64,000 nt of DNA, taken from positions 1,824,001-1,888,000 of the forward strand of contig OZ243961.1 in the NCBI GenBank assembly GCA_965214605.1, given 5' to 3'. Every line of letters begins with the position of its first letter. The stretch's first letter is position 1. This stretch comes from an uncultured Candidatus Binatia bacterium. Lineage in GTDB: Bacteria; Desulfobacterota; Binatia; Bin18. The notes under the pieces were generated by a model. That model was not told the DNA's origin. It saw nothing but the letters and a program-made list of their open reading frames with translations, and searched no databases. Position numbers and translations under genes: made by a program. Positions 57,519 through 64,000 of this stretch are shown in pieces.

Positions 57519-58580
57519 TCAGGGGTCGTCGCTAAACTGGGGTATCACCTTGGCTGCAAACAGCTCCATACTGCGCATCACCTGACTGTGCGGCACGGTT
57601 CCACCCGGATTAAACCAGCAGATCATACGCCCCATCCCAAACTCTTCTTGCAGGCCCTTCAAGCGATCGACACAGGCCTGGGGCGTTTCAAAAAGCCCCA
57701 TCACCTCGCTGACCTTATCATAGTTCATGCGACGGACCCGCTCCAAGGCTTCTTTGATGCGGATCGATTCGGGTCCCAAATTCTCCCCTTGGGAGGTATA
57801 GATAGAAGAGACCGATTGGAGGAAACGCTGAATACTAGGCTCTAATTCCTCACGGATCTGGCTCTGACTGTTGCCAACGTAGAGCGGGCCTAGCAGAGAG
57901 ATATCGTCGCTAGTCGCCTTGGCGTGGCCAGCCGCCGCCCGCGCCTGGTGGTAGACCGGAATCAATTCCCGCATTTTTACATACGGATTCACCTGTGCGG
58001 CGATAAAGATGGGGTAGCCCAGACGCCCCATCAGCTCAAACGTGTCAAGGCTATTTGCCGCCGCCCGGATAGGCGGGTGGGGCTGCTGGACCGGCTTGGG
58101 AACGACCGCAACATCCTCCACGCTATAGAACTGCCCCCGAAAGGACATCCGTTCTGAGGTCCAGGCTTGGCGGATCATTGCGAGTGCCTCCATCATCCGA
58201 CCGCGACTTTCTCTCTGGTCGATCCCAAAACCAGTGAAGTGAACGGGGATGGAGCCGCGTCCAATCCCAAACTCAACCCGGCCGTTGCTCATCACATCCA
58301 GAGTGGCAATCTCCTCAGCGACTCGCACTGGATGTGAGAGCGGCAACAAAACAATCGCAATCCCCAACCGTAAGGTCTGTGTCCGTTCCGCTACGGCTGC
58401 CAGCAGCAGTAGCGGAGCGGGTACGATGGACAGCTGGGAGTTGAAATGTTGCTCAACCGGCCAGATCGACTCAAAGCCTAAGCTCTCGGCGTGCACGGCC
58501 TGCTCGATCGTGTCCCGATAGCGCTGGACCGGAGACTGTGTACCTGTACACGGCAGTTGATAGTGAAGTCCAAATTTCAT
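57519..58580 (-). CDS. LLM-class (luciferase-like) oxidoreductase
   Basis: EQHF, HPVRVAEEIATLD, GRVEFGIGRG, PKPVQQPHPP. Confidence 0.92.
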   Translation of the reverse strand: MKFGLHYQLPCTGTQSPVQRYRDTIEQAVHAESLGFESIWPVEQHFNSQLSIVPAPLLLLAAVAERTQTLRLGIAIVLLPLSHPVRVAEEIATLDVMSNGRVEFGIGRGSIPVHFTGFGIDQRESRGRMMEALAMIRQAWTSERMSFRGQFYSVEDVAVVPKPVQQPHPPIRAAANSLDTFELMGRLGYPIFIAAQVNPYVKMRELIPVYHQARAAAGHAKATSDDISLLGPLYVGNSQSQIREELEPSIQRFLQSVSSIYTSQGENLGPESIRIKEALERVRRMNYDKVSEVMGLFETPQACVDRLKGLQEEFGMGRMICWFNPGGTVPHSQVMRSMELFAAKVIPQFSDDP

Positions 58581-58705
58581 ACCCGTCCCTCCTCATGAGC
58601 TGAGCCTGCCTCCCCTCTTAGCCGGACCCCTTCCGTTTTTGCCGATCCACCCGTTGTTTGCAAGAGCAAGTGAGACCAGCCTCGACAAGCCACAACTCCG
58701 GCACT

Positions 58706-59215
58706 ATGCTGCACACACCGGCTAAGGCCCGGGCAGCGAGGCAACAGGTGGAGAGAAACGCGCTTATTCTGACCGGACGAGCCTGGGTTGTGACAGGCGA
58801 TGTATCGGCTGAGGGTCTCCTCAGCCGGCTGGCCGAGCCCGCACGGAAACGTGCCGCGGAGGAGAATATCTTGCTAGCGACCGACCTAGTCGGAGACGGC
58901 CCGGAGGCCGCCCGGGCAGCCGAAGCTTTGCAATACCACGGCATCCAGGCCATCATTGCCCCACGCTTTGCCTGGATTTTTTTCCGTATCTGCATTAATC
59001 TCGGTCTCTCTCCTCTCACCCTGTGGGAGGCGGCCGAGATTCGGGCCCACGACCGTTTACGCATTGATATCAACGCCGTTATCGTTAAAGACCTCAGCTC
59101 TGGTACCCGCTACGCGATTCGGGATCTGTCGGAGCTCTACATTGATATCCTCACTTGTGGTGGAATGAGCGGCTATGTGCGGGCACTTCAGGCAGCGCGG
59201 TCAAACCCGGGCTGA
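58706..59215 (+). CDS. Degenerate LeuD/aconitase swivel-domain protein
   Basis: GRAW, GIQAIIA..FA.IF.R..INLGL and IL..GG are retained; the DTD and GCGSSRE motifs are absent. Confidence 0.7.
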   Translation: MLHTPAKARAARQQVERNALILTGRAWVVTGDVSAEGLLSRLAEPARKRAAEENILLATDLVGDGPEAARAAEALQYHGIQAIIAPRFAWIFFRICINLGLSPLTLWEAAEIRAHDRLRIDINAVIVKDLSSGTRYAIRDLSELYIDILTCGGMSGYVRALQAARSNPG

Positions 59216-59323
59216 AGCCTCTCCAGCAACTGCTCTCCAACCATGCCGCCCGCTTCCAGATCTTCTCCACCCTTTTCTCCTCTTCGGCCCCTTGGTAACA
59301 TGACCTCATTTGGAGGCGCGCTC

Positions 59324-61540
59324 GTGCGACGGATTCGAGATTTACGAAAATACGGTCTGCCGGACAGCCTACTAGAGATTTGGGAACACCAACAGGGCGA
59401 GTTTCTGCTGCCCGTCCAAGAGGTTGCAGTACAACGCTACGGTCTGTTTGAAGGCCGCAGCTTGGTCATTTCCTCTCCGACCTCTTCCGGCAAAACCTTC
59501 GTGGGGGAGATAGCCGCCATGCGGGCCACATTTGCCGGCAAACGGGTCTTGTACTTAGCTCCGCTGCGCGCCTTGGCCGAAGAAAAATACCAGACCTTCC
59601 GCGACCGCTATGGCCCGTATGGGGTCAAGGTCGCGGTTGCCACCCGCGACCGTCACGAGTTCGATCAGGCGATTGAACAGGGCGACTATCATCTGGCTGT
59701 CTTGGTATATGAAAAGCTCTCCCAACTCTTGGTCCGTCATCCTCATCTGCTGCGCAGCGTTGCCCTGGTCGTGGTAGACGAGCTGCAAATGTTGTGCGAT
59801 CCCAGGCGTGGGGCGGGTCTGGAGCTGAGCCTGGTAAAACTCTTAGGCTCTGAGCCGAGACCGCAGTTGTTGGGGCTGTCCGCGGTCTTGGGCGAGGCTG
59901 AGCACATTGCCGAGTGGCTGGAAGCCGATCTGTTGCTGCAAGACGAACGACCGGTTGAACTGTACCGCGGCGTCCTGCTGAACGGCACCTTCCGTTACAA
60001 AGCCTATAATACCGGAGAAGAGGGCCGGGAACAGTTTGTGGAGATCGAGAGTGAAGATCCGACCGAGATTTTATTGGTCGCCGTCAAATATCTGGTGCAC
60101 CGAGATGAGCAGATCTTAATCTTCCTCAAGGGGAAGTGGGACACGGTACAGTGCGCTCTGGCCTTGGCCAAGAGTGTCCAACTGCCAGCCGCCCAAACCG
60201 CCCTGTCCGAACTCGAAACCTGTGAAGAAACCGCGCTTAAAGCCCAACTCAAAACAGTCTTTGCCGGAGGGGTGGCGTTTCATCACGCGGATCTCACGTT
60301 TGAGGAACGCCGCGTGGTTGAAGCAGCCTATCGGCGCGGAGAACTACGGGTGGTCGCCTGCACCACAACCCTCGCCTTTGGCGTTAACCTTCCGGCTTCG
60401 ACCGTCTTTGTCGAGCCGATGAAGTGGGATACAGACGAGCGGACGGGCACCCCCATCGAGGTCCCGGTGTCGTGGGCGGAGTACGAGAATATTTCCGGTC
60501 GAGCCGGGCGCCTAGGCTTTCGTGAAGAGTTTGGTCGTTCCATTGTCATTGCGGTCAATCAGTTTCAGGCCGACCTCCTGTGGAATGGCTACATCCTAGG
60601 CGAGCAAGAACAGTTTGCCCTTGCTCCTAAGCAGGCCGGTCTTGCCGATCGCGTGTTGAATGTCGTTGTCTCGAAAATCTGCACTACGCTTGATGAGGTG
60701 GTAGCATTCTTTGAGCTGACCTATCTGAGTTTTCTCCGGCGTAGAGCCAGGTCGTCCCAAGCCATCGATCCGACTCAAGAGGTTGAAAGAATCCTCGCTA
60801 GCCTGCTCCAAGCCCAGCTGCTCAACCGCAGCGAAGACGGCCGTCTCGAAGCCTCAAGCCTGGGAGAAGTTGCCGCCCGCCGGGGCATTCAAGCCGCAAC
60901 AGCGGTCAAGCTGGCCCGCTTTTTCAGCCAGGTCCGAGACCGATCCGTGCCCGAGCTTGAGCTGTTTCACCTGTTCAGTCTGACCGCAGATGGGAAACGG
61001 ATGTATGTACCGCTGTCTACGACCGAACATCGCAGCCGGGTGTATGAAAGTATGCTTAGCGAGCAGCTCCCCGAGAATAATCAGCCGTCTAGTGAGGAGC
61101 TCAAGCGCCTCCTACACGCTAGCATGCTCCCGACAAGCAATGAGGTCCGTTCAGCCAAACTCTCTCTTTTATTGAGCGAATGGATTAGGGGCGATGCGTT
61201 ATCTGGCTTGGAGAGTCGCTATCGGTGTTACGCCGGGACTATCAGAGCGTTGACAGACGAAATCAGCTGGCTGGCCGATGCGGCCAAGGAGGTGGCTGAG
61301 GTGATGGGCTGGACCAAAGCCGATGACCTCAAGGACTTGGCCGATTGTGTGCGTTTCGGTGTTGGGCCGGACGGCTTGGCGCTCGCCCGTGCCCAGCTAC
61401 CCGGTCTCGGCCGAGAAGCGGTCCGGGCCTTAGTGGCGGCAGGCTTTGACTCGGCTGCGGCAGTCCAAAAGGCAGCACCGGAGGTCCTGGCAGCTTATCT
61501 GTCCTCTCGTCAGATTGAGACGTTGCACGCCGCAGGCTAA
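59324..61540 (+). CDS. Ski2/Hel308-like SF2 helicase
   Basis: SPTSSGKT, PLRALAEEK, DELQ, LSA, FHHADL, TLAFGVNLP, GRAGR, C-terminal HhH (PGLGR). GGAGG RBS before GTG 59324. Confidence 0.88.
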   Translation: MRRIRDLRKYGLPDSLLEIWEHQQGEFLLPVQEVAVQRYGLFEGRSLVISSPTSSGKTFVGEIAAMRATFAGKRVLYLAPLRALAEEKYQTFRDRYGPYGVKVAVATRDRHEFDQAIEQGDYHLAVLVYEKLSQLLVRHPHLLRSVALVVVDELQMLCDPRRGAGLELSLVKLLGSEPRPQLLGLSAVLGEAEHIAEWLEADLLLQDERPVELYRGVLLNGTFRYKAYNTGEEGREQFVEIESEDPTEILLVAVKYLVHRDEQILIFLKGKWDTVQCALALAKSVQLPAAQTALSELETCEETALKAQLKTVFAGGVAFHHADLTFEERRVVEAAYRRGELRVVACTTTLAFGVNLPASTVFVEPMKWDTDERTGTPIEVPVSWAEYENISGRAGRLGFREEFGRSIVIAVNQFQADLLWNGYILGEQEQFALAPKQAGLADRVLNVVVSKICTTLDEVVAFFELTYLSFLRRRARSSQAIDPTQEVERILASLLQAQLLNRSEDGRLEASSLGEVAARRGIQAATAVKLARFFSQVRDRSVPELELFHLFSLTADGKRMYVPLSTTEHRSRVYESMLSEQLPENNQPSSEELKRLLHASMLPTSNEVRSAKLSLLLSEWIRGDALSGLESRYRCYAGTIRALTDEISWLADAAKEVAEVMGWTKADDLKDLADCVRFGVGPDGLALARAQLPGLGREAVRALVAAGFDSAAAVQKAAPEVLAAYLSSRQIETLHAAG

Positions 61541-61611
61541 GCCGTCCAGCCGCGCCGAGCGCTTCGTGTGCAAGCTGCTGCCTCAGAACCTTCACAGGAG
61601 GCGTTCCGTTC

Positions 61612-63084
61612 ATGACTGACAGTATCACTCCTGAGAGCCTGGCCCTTGCCCTCGAAACCCTCGCTCTCGAAGAGGTTGCTCCTGAACTGCTCGACCGTCT
61701 GAGACATTCTCTGAGCCAAGCCGTCGACGACACAACGGGGAATCTGCGTCATAACGCACGCCTCGTCGCCCGGCGCTCTCAGCACGGCAGCCTGAGCTTC
61801 TTTGTCCCCGATGTTTCAACACCCTACGAACCGTTACGGTTGGCAACTTTTGACCGCCACGGACGCCTGTTACTTCTCCTCAGCTGGCAAGGCAAGGAAG
61901 GTGACCGAACACTGCAACGCTTTAAGGTACGCGGACTCGATGGCCGGTTCCTCGGTGTTACCGCGGCCACAGCTTCCCATCTTGGTTGGGGCATTTCGGA
62001 CTGCCTGTGGACCTTGGATGGTGAGGTCGGTTTTCACCAACAGCGTTTTCTGACCCTTTTTCGGGCGGTGAGCTACACCGACGTGGCAGCGATCCCGCCC
62101 CTCGATGACCCCGGCACTCTGCCGACCGGAGCCGGTTCGAGCGTTCTCAATGTTTTATCGCTGCTGAGCCAAGACCAGGCCAAGCGCGTCCTCCGTTACC
62201 GCGGTCCGTATCCCAGTGAACGACTATTTGGCACCCTGCGCGAAGCATTTCATAGCGGTGGAGAAGCCGGAAACACGCGTGAACGCTTCACCCGTGGCTC
62301 CCAAGAGGCAGCCCTGCGTATGGCAATGCGAGAGGCTGAGGTCGATTGGACGCCCTCCCCATATGAATACTTCTTCCCCGCTGCCCACACCTGCGTCCAG
62401 CTGCGCAACGGGATTGAGAAGGTGTATGACCGAGGGCGGGTATACTATCATCCCAACCTGTCGATTACCGCTCACGCTTTACGGACGGAACACAGCGAGG
62501 ACGGCCAGGTGCGCTATACGGCCAGTCTGACGCTGCTCGGCCGATCGGTCGAAGATCACCTCGTTCTGAGTGCTGAGGGGAAAATCCTCGCCCGCCCCCT
62601 CCCCCCCCGACGGTGGCACGTCCGAGAGCCGAGTCAACTGTCAGACGAGTTGAAAGCGGTTTTGGTCCGTCTGATTGCGGCCGAAAGCGCCCCAGCCTTA
62701 CAGCCCGAGCTGTGGCCAGTCATCGACGCAATGCCGCTGACCTGGGGGACGGTCCAGGGCGAATTATGGGAGGAGAGAAAAACCGAGTTTGTCCTCCATG
62801 CCGGGATGGTGGCCGTCTATCGTGAGGCGGTGGCTGGAGCACGGAGCGCGGGCCAAGCGCTTTTGCTGGCCGCCCGCTTTACCTCTGAACTAGCCCGGCT
62901 CATTGGTCCCCTAGTCCGAATACGAGCCCAGCAACGCTTAGCCCAGCGCTCCCTGGAAGACCAGCAGGTGGCGCTCCTTTTTTACACTCCTGCCGACTCG
63001 GGTTTATCCGACGACGAGTTGCGTCGGGTCCTCTCACATCTGGCACTCGGGGAGGACTTACCGGTAGTGAGTGCCGAGGAATAG
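61612..63084 (+). CDS. Hypothetical protein (490 aa)
   Basis: Long ORF with AGGAGG RBS; no recognised motif. Confidence 0.75.
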   Translation: MTDSITPESLALALETLALEEVAPELLDRLRHSLSQAVDDTTGNLRHNARLVARRSQHGSLSFFVPDVSTPYEPLRLATFDRHGRLLLLLSWQGKEGDRTLQRFKVRGLDGRFLGVTAATASHLGWGISDCLWTLDGEVGFHQQRFLTLFRAVSYTDVAAIPPLDDPGTLPTGAGSSVLNVLSLLSQDQAKRVLRYRGPYPSERLFGTLREAFHSGGEAGNTRERFTRGSQEAALRMAMREAEVDWTPSPYEYFFPAAHTCVQLRNGIEKVYDRGRVYYHPNLSITAHALRTEHSEDGQVRYTASLTLLGRSVEDHLVLSAEGKILARPLPPRRWHVREPSQLSDELKAVLVRLIAAESAPALQPELWPVIDAMPLTWGTVQGELWEERKTEFVLHAGMVAVYREAVAGARSAGQALLLAARFTSELARLIGPLVRIRAQQRLAQRSLEDQQVALLFYTPADSGLSDDELRRVLSHLALGEDLPVVSAEE

Positions 63085-63088
63085 TCGC

Positions 63089-63985
63089 TCACCCCAGATA
63101 AGCCCCGGCAATCTCCACCGTCTGACAATGCGCCTCTACAATTACATTGATATCGTGCGCATAGCCGCCACCAAACGTCACAACAAGGGGTAGGCCGGCC
63201 TGACGGGCAAAGGCAGACACGAGCCGGTCTCGCTCTCCGACCCCGTGCATGGTCAGTTCCAACTTGCCAAAACGGTCCCCAGCCAAGACATCAACTCCAG
63301 CCTGGTAAAAAATGAGCTCGGGGGTACAACGTTCCAGGACACGCGATAGCACCATGTGAAGGCAATCCAGATACGGCTCATCGGTGGTCCGGTCAGGCAG
63401 AGCAATATCCCACGAGCTGTGCTCTTTGCGGGCGGGGTAATTGTTTTCCGCGTGCATTGAGAAGGTAAAGACATCCGGGTCGGTCTGACACAACGATGCT
63501 GTTCCATTACCTTGATGGACATCAAGGTCGATAATCAAAAAACGCTGGGCCATCCCTTCATACCGCAGGCGTCGCAGGCTAATGACCATATCGTGAAAAA
63601 TGCAGTACCCCTCGCCGTGGTCGGCAAACGCATGGTGGGTGCCACCTGCTAAATTCACCCCAAGCCCGTCGGACAGGGCGGCGCGTGCTGCGCCTAGGGT
63701 ACCGCCGACCACCAAGAAGGCGCGGCGGACTAATGCCACTGACCAGGGCAGGCCGAGCCGCAGCAGGGCTCGGCGCTCAAGGGTGCCACTGCAGAAGGTG
63801 TGTACATATCCTGCGGTGTGCACCCGCAGGATATCATCTCGCGCTATCGGTTGGGGCTCGACAAGTTCCTCTCGAGTGAGGACGCGGTTGGCCAGGAGAC
63901 GTTCCGGCACCAAACGGTATTTATCCATCGGATACGAGTGATGCCCCAGCGGAACCGTGTAGCCAGCAGAACTAAAAGCACGCAC
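63089..63985 (-). CDS. Histone deacetylase family protein
   Basis: GGTHHA, GYC, DLDVHQGNGT, AGVD...D, GGGY. Confidence 0.94.
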   Translation of the reverse strand: MRAFSSAGYTVPLGHHSYPMDKYRLVPERLLANRVLTREELVEPQPIARDDILRVHTAGYVHTFCSGTLERRALLRLGLPWSVALVRRAFLVVGGTLGAARAALSDGLGVNLAGGTHHAFADHGEGYCIFHDMVISLRRLRYEGMAQRFLIIDLDVHQGNGTASLCQTDPDVFTFSMHAENNYPARKEHSSWDIALPDRTTDEPYLDCLHMVLSRVLERCTPELIFYQAGVDVLAGDRFGKLELTMHGVGERDRLVSAFARQAGLPLVVTFGGGYAHDINVIVEAHCQTVEIAGAYLG

Positions 63986-64000
63986 TACTTACTCTCCAAT

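Overview
This is a GC-rich (~60%) bacterial chromosomal window. The mix of LLM oxidoreductases, hydantoinase A, a thiolase/OB-fold pair and a plsC-rnj-ftsK-lolA operon suggests a delta-proteobacterial-like lineage such as Binatia (inference). Bases 1-7.6 kb are a decaying defence/mobile island. It holds a PD-(D/E)xK nuclease-like gene fused in frame to an integrase C-terminus, an IS630 remnant, and a translationally coupled XRE / ParB-Srx / nuclease-like / DNA-methyltransferase operon, which is the best candidate for an undescribed defence system. It also holds a convergent Kiwa-like pair, a thermonuclease and a DUF433/PIN toxin-antitoxin pair. The rest is mostly core and catabolic genes: an HldC-GmhA fusion with a DHS-like gene, RecQ, redox enzymes, lhgO-folK, a PAS-PAS-HisKA-REC protein without an ATPase domain, pckG-pduO-MBL-Mch-like, modABC, an ActP-like symporter, tRNA-Ala(CGC), tatA, a Hel308-like helicase and an HDAC. 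Several unannotated 'intergenic' gaps are deletion-riddled pseudogenes (TonB-dependent receptor, SMP-30, D-2-hydroxyacid dehydrogenase, SulP, NHL-repeat). There is also a rod-like putative ncRNA and a 57-aa membrane protein missed by the ORF track. All calls come from reading motifs by eye; no database searches were run.
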